Below are positions 1 to 14,100 of a DNA stretch of 64,000 nucleotides, in pieces. A program made the translations under genes and the position numbers. The notes below the pieces were generated by a model. The model was given only the letters and a program-made list of their open reading frames with translations. It was not told the DNA's origin and did not search any database. The DNA comes from Barthelona sp. PAP020 (lineage: Eukaryota), in NCBI GenBank assembly GCA_040182905.1, contig JARQWU010000008.1, positions 1 through 64,000 on the forward strand. The letters run 5' to 3'. Within the stretch, counting starts at the first letter, position 1. Every line of letters starts with the position of its first letter.

Positions 1-1
1 A

Positions 2-196
2 AAGACGGATAATTGGTTAGCTCATGTGAATGCAGATTCGCATCAGATTTATGGCAACGCCAAGGTTGAACCTTCTTTGGGCAACTGTGAAAAAGAAGAC
101 AAATTCCAATTTGAACGTGTTGGTTATTTTGTTGCAGATTCTAAGGAATATACCAAAGAAAAACCTGTTTTTATTGAAATTATTGGTTTGAAATAA
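2..196 (+). CDS. Glutaminyl-tRNA synthetase (GlxRS class Ib), C-terminal end; 5' part lies outside the window
   Basis: Frame 2 reads KTDNWLAHVNADSHQIYGNAKVEPSLGNCEKEDKFQFERVGYFVADSKEYTKEKPVFIEIIGLK*. The FQFERxGYF motif is typical of the GlnRS/eukaryotic GluRS anticodon-binding C-terminus. Stop TAA at 194-196. Not in the ORF track because the start is missing. Confidence 0.85.
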   Translation, partial: KTDNWLAHVNADSHQIYGNAKVEPSLGNCEKEDKFQFERVGYFVADSKEYTKEKPVFIEIIGLK

Positions 197-507
197 CAGA
201 TATAAATTGATGAGTATTTTATTTCTTGTTTATTTGTTGTTGTTAAATCATTTTTAAGCTTATTAAGATAAAAAATATGTATTTTGAATATTTTTGACGG
301 CTCATCACCCTTTTGCAAAGTATTTATTCAGGAATGGAATTATTTGAGAAAATTGATGAAAACAAATAAAATATTGTTTCTTATTTTCAATATTTGGAGA
401 CTTTTGCCCTGTTTTTGCATTGTTTTATTGTAATTTTTTTTGTTGTAAAATTTTTTGGATTTTTTTGATGAAATTTTTTTTATAATTTCTTCCAAAATCA
501 AAAAAGA

Positions 508-1725
508 ATGAAAAAAAGGTTGAATGAATTTATTCAACAATCTGAATTTGATGTTGCATCAGATATTGTTCTTCATCAACCAAATTTGGAAATAGAATTT
601 GGTGGATTTCATCCATCAGGAAATTTATTCGAAAAACCAGTTAATTGCGAAGAAACTCTATTGGATCATACACGTTTCGTTTCGACTTTGCGAAAATTTG
701 ACTGCAATGTTCATTTGGTTTCAAATATTATTTTAAAAGCTATTCATGACAGAAACAGAAGACCATTAGTTGAAGATTTGGCTTGTGAATTGCTTACTTA
801 TGAGCTATGTACTGGTTTTGATGGGGATACATTGAATGAAAATCAAAAATATTTATTAACTGACGAGTACAAAAAGATATCTATTTCTGGAATGTCATCT
901 GCACAGCTATTGCGGCTTATTTTACTGCGTCCCACTGTATTTTTAAAGCCTTCCTCAAATAATACTCCTTTGATAGCTGATTTCACCAAAACAAATCCTT
1001 TGGCCAATTTAGTTTTTTGTCGTGATCAACAAATGACAACTGCAGTTGGTGTGATTATGTCTCGTATGGGTTCCGAACAAAGGAGAGATGAAGTACGTGT
1101 AATGAAGTTTGTTTTGGAACAATTGGGCATAAATATTATTGGTGCTATTCCTGAACCTGAAACAGGAGAAGGTGGAGATTTCATTCCATTTTCAAAGGAG
1201 ATTTCAATGATTGGTGTTGGATTGCGTACTACTGAAGGTGCTGGAAAATACATGATGGACAATGATCTTTTTGGAACAAGATATGTGGCACTTGTGCACG
1301 ATAGATTTGATTGTAATCAAGACAGACTGCATTTAGATTGTGTATTTAACACCATTAATGAGAATCTATGTTTATTACATGAAGATCTCATTCCTGATGA
1401 TTCTACAATACGAAGAGAAGTCGATCTTTATGAAAAGAAAGATGACAAGTATGAATTAATTGAAAAAGACATTCATTTTGCCCGATACCTTGAAAGTTTG
1501 GGTTTAGAAATTATTCCAGTCCCTAGTGATTGGCAATTAAACTACGCTTGTAATCATATTAATCTTGGTAAAGAAAGGCTAGTGACAATTCATGAAGGTA
1601 TTGCTGAAGTCATCAGAAATCATCCCAAGTTTTCAGGAATTGTTGAATATGTTCAATTTTCAGGCATTACATCAATGTATGGCGGAGCTCATTGTGCAAC
1701 TCAAGTTATTAGGAGAAAAATATAA
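508..1725 (+). CDS. ADI: Arginine deiminase (amidinotransferase superfamily), eukaryotic type
   Basis: 405 aa with family motifs NLVFCRDQ, EGGD, GVGLRT, HLDCVF and C-terminal GGAHCATQ carrying the catalytic Cys. Confidence 0.88.
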   Translation: MKKRLNEFIQQSEFDVASDIVLHQPNLEIEFGGFHPSGNLFEKPVNCEETLLDHTRFVSTLRKFDCNVHLVSNIILKAIHDRNRRPLVEDLACELLTYELCTGFDGDTLNENQKYLLTDEYKKISISGMSSAQLLRLILLRPTVFLKPSSNNTPLIADFTKTNPLANLVFCRDQQMTTAVGVIMSRMGSEQRRDEVRVMKFVLEQLGINIIGAIPEPETGEGGDFIPFSKEISMIGVGLRTTEGAGKYMMDNDLFGTRYVALVHDRFDCNQDRLHLDCVFNTINENLCLLHEDLIPDDSTIRREVDLYEKKDDKYELIEKDIHFARYLESLGLEIIPVPSDWQLNYACNHINLGKERLVTIHEGIAEVIRNHPKFSGIVEYVQFSGITSMYGGAHCATQVIRRKI

Positions 1726-2143
1726 ACATTTGTAAATAATTTATGGATTTTTCCTTTTTTGAAAATCGTTGAAAATCCAAAAAAAAGTATCAACATCAAG
1801 AAATAAATGGTAATTTCCACAAACAAATGGTTTGTCAAAAGAAGAAAGAAAAAAAGAAGGAAGAAAAAAGATTATTTCAGACAAATTCCGTTTTGATTTT
1901 GATTGAAATGAATAAAATTATCTAATTTTTACATATTATTCCAGAAGAAAACTACAATTTCTTCACAGGAAAATCTTTTTGTTGTGGTTCTGCAATTTTT
2001 TTTACTACATGTAGAATTTTTTGATTTTGGGTTGTTTTGTTTATTTCATGATATTCACGTTTCAATTCATAATAAATTAGATTTTCTTTTTGTTTGACAT
2101 TAAATTCTTTAAAATAGTATTTTTTATATATATTATAACTTGT

Positions 2144-5100
2144 ATGAATGTTAAAATATTGATAATTTTAACGCTTTTACTATTACAGAATGTTTATAAT
2201 CAGGAATATGAATGGATTTGTGATGATACAAATGATATAACGAATATAAATTGTTGGAATCCTTCTGAACTTCCCGACAAGTCTTCAACAGTCCTTATAA
2301 ATAGACCAGTCAATATTACTGTTGAAAGTACAATATATGTTAATAAATTAATTTTGGGAATAAATTTTGATACTGGACAGCTTATGTTTGATTATGGAGC
2401 ATTGTTTCGAGCGAATTTTTTAGAGTGGAATGCTGGTAATGTAATAGGGTTTGGGTCCTTGATGATTGCATATCAAGCTGATATTTCACCATTGAATGCA
2501 ACACGTTATTTGGGTATTAATTCCAAATTACATGTGTCTGCAGGTTTAGTGAATATCACAGATTCGACTATAATTACAGCATCAGGCTCTGTTTTGGACT
2601 TTGGTGCAGATACATATGTGACAATCAATGGTGATGTGTTCATCTTATATGAAGGAAATGTAGATGAAGAATTATCATCATTAAATAATTTTGGGTATTT
2701 TGTTGTGACTTCAAACAGTAGTTTATACATTGAAGCAAAGATAGTTCATCTTGGGTCGGTCCCCATGATGCTTCTTGGTAACACAACTATCGTAAATGGA
2801 GCAGATGTATACATGGACCTCATTGTTTTGAATTTCATTCAGTTAAAATTCAATGGCAGTATAAATTTGTCGAGTATGAGTAGAATATATGGTTACGGTG
2901 ATATTATCAACTATGGTACACTGGTTATTGAATCTCTTGTTTACAAGATGGTCGGCAAGTTGATTAATAATGGTTCTCTGTTATTTACAACTGATGCTAC
3001 CATTGAAAGTTTAGACTTGGTCAATTATAATACACTAAACGTTGCATCTGGTTGTAATGTTGTTGATTTTATTCTGAACATTACAGTTTTTGGTGGGGTT
3101 GTGAAATTTGAAGATGGGACTATGTTTCGATATGATGAATTGCCAATGTTTCCTGTAAATATTTATCAATACGCAGGCGATTTATATATTGGATCCACAA
3201 CACAACCATTATCTGTTAAGAATTTGACACTCGTTCAAGGAGCATTGCAACTGGCAACTGGCCGTGTATTGACTGTTGATCATTTATTGTTGGCACCCAA
3301 GTGTAAATTAACGGAAGATATTTTGTTGGGGAGTTTGAATGACCAGGAATTGATGTGGATATTCCCAGTTTTAAACGTTGAAGATGATATTCAACTTCAA
3401 AGTTCATTAGTTTGGAAAGGTGGTTTAATTTCATCCAAATTGACTTTTGTTACAACAACGCAGATTAGTCTGTATGGTTCAGGACAAGATAATTATCATA
3501 TTATAGCTAATTCTGGGACGTTTGACATTTCAAATGGTGTTATTCATGGGACAATAATTTTTATTGTTGGTGAACAGGTTGAATTATCACTGGGTGATTG
3601 TGACAATGCGGAAACCGTTTTTCTTTTAGCATATCCAACATCTAAGACTATTTTGACAAAAGATATGTTGAAAACCACCAATTTAATTACTTCAAACGCA
3701 TTTTTTGAGGGCAACTGTTATTTACCATATAAGAAGGAAGGGTTGTTCGATAAAATTGATGTTTATGCTTTTAAAAATAAGCAGTTTATTTGCGGAAGTA
3801 ATGTTATTGAGATTACTGATGAAACTCCTTTGTTACCACAAAGTATTTCCCAGTTCTACAATCCTTTTTACGGTTTAACTTATTCTTTTACAGGTATATA
3901 CAATTTTACATTGATTCATAAACCAACTCCATATTTACCTACTTTTGTCGATAATTTTGTGAATAAAACTGTTAATACGGTAATATTGGAGACATATAAT
4001 ATTACTATTCCATCTTTTGAAACATTTGACTTGTTTAATCCCAACTTTCAGTATTTTATAGAGTTGCCTTCCAGGATTAGCTCTAATATATATGCCAATT
4101 CGCATTCAGTTTTTTTGGCATATGATGAAACATGTTATATTGAAGGAGAAAGTGATTTGATGCTGTTTGGAAGCAGCATTCAATTTTTGTCAGGGCATTT
4201 CACTATAATGAAGGACCTAACTGTTTTTGGTTCATTGTATGTTGTTGAAGATGTTAAGTTTACTTCTGATTATCAAATAGTACATCGATTTGCTGACACG
4301 ATCACTTTATTTGATGGCGTTTACCAAATGAATGCAAAATTTGTGAAAAGTACTGGGAATTTCTATTTTTATGAAAATTCAGAGATTATTATTGATGAGA
4401 TTGTTATCTCAAACACCTATTTATTCATGAACTTAACTAGTACCAATCAACTGCTTGTAAAGAGGTTTACAAGTACTTCTTCTAAAGTAGATATATATTC
4501 AGCAGAAATATTTTCAGCAAACATCGAACAAATGTTTGTTGATACCTATCTTAATTTAAGAGAGTCTTCCAATATCTATATCTATGGAATTGATGAATTT
4601 GCCGATAATACTGTATGTATTGAAAATGTTTTGAATGCAGTTTTTGATAGATTTGCTAACATGCAACAAATCAATTTCAATGTGAGAAATAGTAGGTTGA
4701 TTAAAATCAATGCAAATTTAAACCTTGTGAACAACAGTTATTTTTCTTTTAACAATGTTGATGAATTGATGATCAATGATGTTCAGCAATTTAATAAGTC
4801 TATACTTGAATTGATTTCAATAAATATTGATACTTCGATAAATATTGGATTATTTAAAAATAGTTCTCTATTAATAAAGGAAACTGTCGATTATATTCAT
4901 TTATATATTGATGACGTTATTTTCGGTGACATTTTTGTAACAACTAACAAAGATGTTTGTTTTTATTTGTGGTATATTTATCAATCAACCATATCATTTT
5001 ATGATAATGACTTTGTTGAAATGGTTGACCCTTTATACCCATCAAAACAAGTACTTATTGTTGAGTCAAACATTTTCTTTAACATTGAAGGAGTTGATAA

Positions 5101-8100
5101 AACAGGAGATTATCACAATTTGCTTTGTTTTAATCAAGGTGCCAGGTTTATCTCTTCTTCTTTTCAAATCTCGAGTCAAGAAAGTTCTTGGAAGGCTATT
5201 TCATCCAAAAATTTAATCTTTAATGTTTCAGGACTAGCAGAATTTGAATTTTGTGCTGTTACATTGATAACACCCAATTTGCATGTGGATACATATAAAT
5301 TTCATAATTGTTCAGTTCAAGCAAAATATCAAATGAATTTTGGAGATTTACATTCCGGATATACTGAATTCACCAAAGAAAAGCTATTATTATGGGATGT
5401 GTGTCCAGATTCTTATTATTGTCCTTTATTTATTGCTCAGAATTTTTATTTCTCCAATGATTCATATTTGGGCAATTATACAGAGTTTCATGTGCTTTCA
5501 AAACTGATTGTTGTTGGAGACGATTTGACGGTGTATTTTAATGAAGGTGTCTTGAAGTTATTGAATGCGGAGTTGATCGTAGATGGATCAATGCTTTTAT
5601 CTTCTCCATGCACGTTTTATGTCGATGGAAAGGTTATTGTGAATAAAGGTGGACGATTACACTTGCAATGCATTTCTTCATTAAGTGGCGATTTATATTT
5701 AAACGGTGAAACAATATTGGAAACAGACACTTCATTGTCTGGTTATGTGTATTTGAATGACACGATACATTTGTTGGGGAACAAACACTCTTTTGATGGG
5801 TATGTTTATGGGGATGAATTTTGCAATATCACATCAAAACCCTTTCATACTCATGTATATTTTAGTGGTATTTTAGATATTTTATACGAAATTAATTTGA
5901 TTCAGGGAAACTATCATTTCGATAATGCTAATTTTAAGTTTGATTCAATTGCATTGAAAGGCAGTTTTCTTTCAATAGAGAACAGTGTTCATAATGTTAC
6001 TGGAGATGAACTTTACTTAACTCAGTTTTTAATTGATTCTTCAACGTTTTATTTGGATGATGTAGCCTTGGTAGTTGCTGATGAACTATTAATTATGGGT
6101 GAAAGTACAGTTATCGAGCTAAAGAGTCTTAAAAACATTAAGATTATCGACTTTTACATGTATGATGGTTTGTTGAGAGGAGATAACACCTATTTATTGA
6201 TTACAGGGAATTTTTTGTTCAAGCAGGGCACTTTGATCAATGGAATGTGGTTGGACATTGAAGATGAGTTTGTTCCATTGGATACAGATTTGGGCAGGCA
6301 AAAAGTGCTTGCAGATAATGTCTTTCTCAATATTTCAAACTATGATTTCAATGTAACAAATCGCAATGAAATTTCGATTGGGTACAACGTGAGTCTTTGG
6401 TTTAGAAACATATTTGTGTATGGTAGTCTCAAATTGCTAAGAAGTCAAGAGAATTCTAATTTTCTCAATGATTATTTTGATCCAGATTGTTTTATCTTTG
6501 ATTTGAATTGTAGCGTAATTACTCCTTCCCTCAATCATTTGTATATCCTGCAAGATTTAGTTTTGACTAATAACACTGATCTTTGCGTGTCTTTACATGT
6601 GTATGGACAATTTATACTTGAACCCAATTCTCAATTATCGATAAGCAACAGCTATACAGCTCTAGAGATGTTCACTATACCTTTGAATGGCACTGTTAAT
6701 TTCAATGGTCCTACTGTTTTGTTAGGAGGACTGGATTTTGAACCCAATTCAACGGTTCATATTAATGATGTTGTAAAAGTGAAAGGCATGTACAATAAGA
6801 CAGATTTGATTCTGAGCAACTCTACAGGTTGTTTGGTATTGACCAAGTTTGCATCATTTGATTTTTCGAAAATTATCATTGATGATGTGTCTGTGTATAT
6901 TCAAGGATGTTCTAACATGAGTGTTTGGAACATTGAACAAATTAACATTACAAATACAGGAAAATTAGTCATTACTGAATGTCCAACAACCAAGATTGTT
7001 ATTGGAAGTATTTTTTCTGTGAATGGGGACGTTGTTTTAGGGGATATTGAAAATGTTACTGCACAAAATGTTAATTTTGATGGAGGGATGTTCAAGATCA
7101 ATGATAGCACGACTGAAGGAAATTATCAGTTCCAAAGCATTAATGTTGACAGTGGAACAATTGAACTTTTGAATATCGTCAAGCCGTTTATTGCCTTGAA
7201 TTTAACCGTGATCAATGGTGTTTCGATCATTAAAAATCTGACTTCATCTCCTATCATTAATTTTTTGATGATTAGTGGAGGAGAATTGAACTTTGCAAAT
7301 TCACCACAGCCTTTGCATTTTTATGTGATTGATTTACGTTCAACTGCAAAGGTCTATTTTGACACGAAATACAATGTAACGTTGGATTCATTATATATTG
7401 CTGATACAGCAAGTGTTGAGACCTATGATGATTTATATATTGGTTTGTTATCAATGATCGGTGGTACTTTGTCTGGTGGAAGATGGGTATATGCAAATGA
7501 AAGTGTTTTTGACAATACTGTTCATGTTTTTGTTCATCTTGACTTGAAGCATACCATTTTATTGAAATATAGTTATTTACGTGGTTGTTATAGCGGTGAT
7601 GTGCCTTATTCAGGGAGTATTCCAGGGTATACCTATAAATTACACAATGTTAGCAGTTATCAGATGAAGATTGATGGGTGTTACAATGGAAAGTTGTATT
7701 TTCAAGATATTTTAGGACATTCTGTTGATATTGCTAGTGAATTGGTGCTGTTACATGAAATTGAAAGTAGATACAGTGATGATGAGTATATGTTGAAGAA
7801 TGTCAGCGATATTAACAAACATTTCCTTGGAATTTATGGTAATAGCGTTACTTTTGATGGAGACTATAATACTTTAGAGAATTTGACCACTTCTTACACA
7901 GTCAAGTTTACCAACAGTTTTATGGTTACAAACAACAGTATTTTGAATTGGGAAAACGTGATTGTTGATGAATGTCGCTTTGGAAGATACGATACAACAC
8001 GCCATTATATTTATATTTATGTAGAAGGTACTTTTTACTTCAATTTTCATTTTGCGTCATCCACTGTTGCTTACATGAAATACAATGTCAAGAATAATGG

Positions 8101-11100
8101 GCTTTTACAATTGTTTCAGGATTGCATAAATTCTATGTACTTTGAAATCAATGTTGATCGGGGATTCTTGTATTTCACTCAGCTAGTTTTTTCTGGTACT
8201 TCACAGAAGTTATCTTTTTCTAATTCTGTTGTTTTTGGTGATTATGTATTTGTGAATGCTTTTAGTTTAAGTTTTAGCAATTCATTTTTGAATATCACTT
8301 TTTTTTCTTTTTCTGATGCTGTTTATTTGTCGCATTGGAGGGAATATTTGATTGATTTCAACAATATTACGATGATATCTGATTATTTTTTTGCATCTTA
8401 TGCGGATATTTCTGTAAGAAATTCAAATTTATTAATCAAATCCTTCGAAATCGTTGATCGAAGTGGTAGGATTATTACATTTATTAATAGTATCATTGAA
8501 AGTGAGTGGATGTTTTCCATCACTTCTGCTGTAGCCGGGCATAAAATAAAATCCTTTACAAATTCGGTTTTACGAGCAAATGGTGTATTATTTGAGAGTT
8601 ATGAAGTCGAGAGTGATTTTTATGTTCAATTCATCAATTCTTCCTTGGAATATGGCGGTAACAACTTTAATAACGTTAGTTTTGAGCTAAAGAAGATAAA
8701 AGTTGTTTTTTTGAACAATTCCACCCTTGATTTTGAAAGTAATTTATTCAACTTCACCAAATCGCTTTTATATTTGGAACATTCCCACAGTAGGATTTTT
8801 GATTTTCCTGGAGATGCAAATACATATCATTTATTGAACACTACACATTGTATCATGGAATTTAATATTACAAATAATAACGTTGTTATTTTAGAGGATT
8901 TCAATGTTTTGAAGCCGAGCATCGTTCTTTTGAACCGAGGCACGTTGAAGCTATATAATGGAATGTTCCATATAGATGGGATTGAAATGGATAAAGGAAT
9001 CATTTATGGGGTTAATGTTGAATTTTACATGGTTAAAATTATCGATACTGTTAGTGGATCAGTGACTTTTGAACACACTGTGTTTGACACTGTCTTAGAT
9101 TCCGTCGAATTGTCTGCAAGTTCATTTGTCTTGAAGAACGTTTCAACCATGAATGAACAGTCAAAGGTATCTTGTGGTGATTTTAATTTGTTTTTAATTC
9201 AACGTGTTGAAGGAAATAATTCCCAAATTACGTTTTACGAAGGTGATTATAAGGTTTCTAGTGTAGATCTGTATAATAGCAATTTTTTAGTGTCCAACAA
9301 TGATGATGAAATGCAATTATGTATGGATATTGATCGTATCAACATGAAGTTATATTCTTTTGACTTTCAAATAACAAGGTTGTTTGTAAATCATTTCAAT
9401 TTAATGACAATGGCTTCTATTCGCGAACTTAATGATCCAAATACTGCATATTCTGGTGTTTTGGGAGGTCATAGCGTTAACATTACCTCTTTGAATGTAA
9501 TTGAAGGTGATTTAAAACTTGATTATTTTTCAGAAGCCAATTATACCATAGATACACTGTATTTTAACAGTTCTAATTTTTACACTTTCAAAGGTAGTAG
9601 TTTAAAAAGTGATGTGGTCAATCTAACCAATGGGTCTGAGTTTTTCAAGTCTAGAGATTTCCTTGAAAGAAATATTAGTTTTATATATCAAACCAATGAT
9701 TCCAAAGCGTATAATTTGGATGAATTGGATACTTTTCCACATTATGAATATTTTGCTTCCTTAATTGATGGAAATGTTTATTCTGAAGGGTTTAATTTGG
9801 ATGTTGTTGAAACAAAAGAGTTCATTGATAAGTTTTTCAGTGGAAAATTGTGTTGTCAAAATGAATGTGTTTTTGATGAAGGAAATTTTGAGTTTTTAAA
9901 TGGAGAGGTGATTATATATGGTAATATGACCATTAATGCCAAAAATAAATTGGTTTCAAGAGCAACAATCATAGTTCAACCTGAAGCAAATTTGATAATC
10001 TACGGAGATTCCACTGATGGATCAGTTTCAGTTGTGGATGTTGTTTTAGATAATTATGGACATATTGAATTTGTTAATGACATTGTATTGAAAGGTAATG
10101 TCGTAAACAGAGGAAATATTGTTTTCCAAAACAATGTAGTATTTAATAACAGTATAGTTGATTTAAAGAAAGACAGCAATATGACTTTTCTTGTTAGCGT
10201 TGATTATCCACTTTTCATGAATGATACTACCATTTATTGTTCAGGCAATTTGGAAAATAATCATCTGTTGGGTAATAAAGGTACATTTTACCAATATGAC
10301 ACTTGCAGCATTGATATTTTGATTGTGGATTTTGAACATGAATTCAATTATTTCAATGAAATGTTAGCAAGCAAAAGATTGAATGCTACATCTATGCAAG
10401 CAGAAACATTGAATTTACATTGTACATATCTTTGTAAAATTGAAACAATTAAATGTGCTGATCTATTGTTACAAGGATTCTTTGAAATTGTGAATGTGAC
10501 ATCAAGTGGTGAGAGCATTTTAAAGTATGTTATTGATGAAAATGATCTTGTAAAAGGTGAGCTTCTTGTTGATATTTTCTTCACGAAAAATTTGAAAATA
10601 TATCAAGAAGTTTATTTAAATGTTACCAATTCATGGACTTTCAAAGATGGTTATTTGAAGAATTATGGTTTTTTTAATTTTAATGTAAATAATGCTTACT
10701 GGGAAAATGTTGAATATGTGTTGACAACAAGCGTTGCTTCCAATGCGGAAATTATTGTCCATAATTATTTTTACGCAAGAAACATATTTGGAAGTGATAC
10801 TTCTATCAATCTTATGAGATTGACTATTATTAATAACGGGATTCATGATGTTTTTGATGAATTCGCTATCCAAGACCATTATATTAACAATGGTATCTTG
10901 AATATTAAAGAGAATTCTTTCCTAAATTTTAATCATTTCTTTCCTTCAACTCTTAATGTGTACAGATGCAAATCTGAGCTTTATAGTTATGGTACTGTGA
11001 ATTTGTTTGCAAATTCATATTTCAATGTACCAACTCATTTGGCGTCAAATAGGGTATTTGTCGAAATATATGGAAATATTACATTATATAACAATGAATG

Positions 11101-14100
11101 GTTAGACTGTACTTCCACAAGTGCAAACATTGATATTTATGGTAATTTTAACGCAACCATTTTAGATATTGACACAAAATGTAATCTAAGATTCATAGGA
11201 GCGACTTTTGAGTTACCCATAATTAGGTCTGTCAGTGGGTCCTTATATTTTTATAATGTATGTAATAAGATCAATGTTATGGAATACATTGAGGTAAATA
11301 GAGCTTTTTTTTACCAATCAAATTGTTCTTTTGAAATTAAAAAGATTGTTGGAAATAGTGTTGCAAGAAAAGATTTGTTATCTGCTGAAGATCATGAAGA
11401 TATTGATGTGACTTTGTGGGAAGTTATAGATGAAGGGTATTATGTGATCAAGAATGTTGAGAATTTGAATATCACTAATTTTGTAACTTTGAAATCATAT
11501 CCGACAAATACTTATGCTTTTGGAGTTCAAATATTGGATGTAAGAAATATTATTCTTAGAAATGGTATAACTAAGAAGTTGAGTGTTGAACGCTTTTATC
11601 AAATTCAAAATCAGAATGTTTCAGCATTCCGAGGAGAATTTACTGAGGGAAATATTTTTATTGGAGATAGTATTTTTAATATGACATACTTTAGAGAAAT
11701 AACTCAAACATTTGATCTCCCTGATACATTAATTTTGGAAAATATGTTTTTATCTTTTGTTAAAACTATTACTCCTGACACTAAATTATTTTGGTGTAAA
11801 AGAAATGGTATTGTATACATTGATATAGACTATGAATTTGTTATTGATCAAATCATTATTGATGGTGGTAAAGTATATGGTCAAGGAGCTATTTCAATGA
11901 ATGTCTTTGATTATTATTCTGGTGATTTGATACAAGTTGAATTTCATACAAATAATATGACTGTCTTTGATAATGGAGATAAAAATCTAACTTTATCCAC
12001 TGTAATTGTGAATGATTATCTGATGATGGATAATGTTGCTTTGGTTGGAGGTTATTCAGTTACTATAGTTAATTATGGGAAATTGATTGGAAATAATCCT
12101 TCTTTTACTTCAGTCTCTGAATGTTCTTTTATTAATAATGGTACTTTCAACTATAATAAATTAGTAATTGAATGGAATTTCGAAAATAATGGAATTTTAA
12201 ATGGTTCTTCTTTGATTATTCATCGAGGCAGTTTTGTTTCCAGTATATTAGGTATTGTTTATGGTGATGTTTTCAGTATGACTGGAGGAACATTTAAAAA
12301 TTATGGATTGATACAATTTAATCAAAGTCTTTTAGCAAATTGTGCATTTTATGATTATTTTAATTTCAATTCTTCTTTAGTATCCTTGAATTATGCCAGT
12401 TTAAGAATATACGAAGAATTCTTCATTGAATCAATAGACATCATATCTTCTCATTTTACTTGCGAAGATTGTTATTGGCAAGATCAAAATCCTATCAAAA
12501 CAAGATATTTTTGTCAATCAAGAACAAATGATCATTTTTACGCATCATTAACAATAAATACTGAAAAATCTTCAGTACTTATTCAAAATAAAGATGACCT
12601 TATCATTCAACAATCCTGTTCTATCAACTTCTTGAATATAGACCTTGAATTTCCAGATTATGTTTTTCAACAAGGTTTCTTTTATTTCGTTGGTTCTTAT
12701 GATTTTCCACATTTGACATTTGACATACCAGATTATAGTAATATTGGTTCATTAAAATTCTTTGATGGAAATATTACAATAGAAATGTTTGATTTCAATG
12801 CTGGATACATATATGGTGATGCATTTTTATTTGTACAACATGCAACAGTAATCAATCGTGGTATTTGGAAAATTGATGTTTCAATCAATTATCTATGGTT
12901 TAAAGCTATTCCATCTTATAGTTTGAGCATGAGACAAACAGTTTTTAATGTTAATGAGACATTTATAATTTCATCTGGTGTTGAATCCAACTTATTTTAC
13001 AATTATGTTATCACAATGTATTCAGAGAATGTACAACTCAGTTTCTTCAAGAATGTTTACAGTGAAACTGGTCTTTCAATATCACGTGAATTGATTAACT
13101 CTGCCACATATGGTAATCCTGGTCTTGTGAGTCTCTTGTCCGATGCACAGTGGATTCAAGATTTTCCTGTTGATATTTGTGTTTTTTTCAACATTGAGGA
13201 TAATGCCTATTTTCACAATAACGCTGCTTTAAAGACTTGTCAATTGGATTGTTATGGAGACATATACATAAATAATATCATTACTCTCAGACATACAAGT
13301 GTCTTTTATCCACAATCATTATTGTTTGGAAGCGGAAACCACCCAGCATTTGCAACATATCCATATGGCAAGGTTGTTCCTTCTGTTGAGTATTTAGGTG
13401 TGTACAATATAACCAATGATGTATATGAACAACATTATAATGGAAATGTGCTTTTCTCTGGCTACATCATCTTTCATAATGTTGATTGTAGCAAGGGTAC
13501 TTTGAAGTTTTTCAATATACATCACATTTATGAGCCAAAATGGGAGATAGGAAACATATATGTTTCTGACACTTGTCAATTTTTCCTTGATAAGAGCAGC
13601 AACGATATTAGAATGGAAGAGCTGGTTGTCGACGGTGGTATTACTGCGTTTAAAGAAATTGGTACTTTAGCTCAATACAATGCAGTCGTAATTTCATCTG
13701 GATATTGTGCTTTTCAAACTGGAATGAGCGTTCAATTGAATAAAATGACAATTGAGGAAGGTTTTAGAGTTGGTAGTGATTATCTGTATGTTGATGAGTT
13801 GGTTTGGTCTGGAAATGGATTTTTAGGTTCTGGACATACCATTGTTAATGGTATTACTTATATAAATGGTACAGGAACACATTTCGTTGGTTTAAATCAT
13901 GTGTTAGAATTTAAAGGTGATGTAATTGTCACACAAAAACCTGAAATATACAGTTGCAGTGGACTATACAATAAATTAATGTTTTATGCAAATTTGAACG
14001 TCACTGCAAATTCAGTTCTAAAGTTCCAATCTGCTATTGCAGGTCCACTAAACAGCAATGGAAATATGACTACAGCTGACTACTTCACAGGAAATCAATT

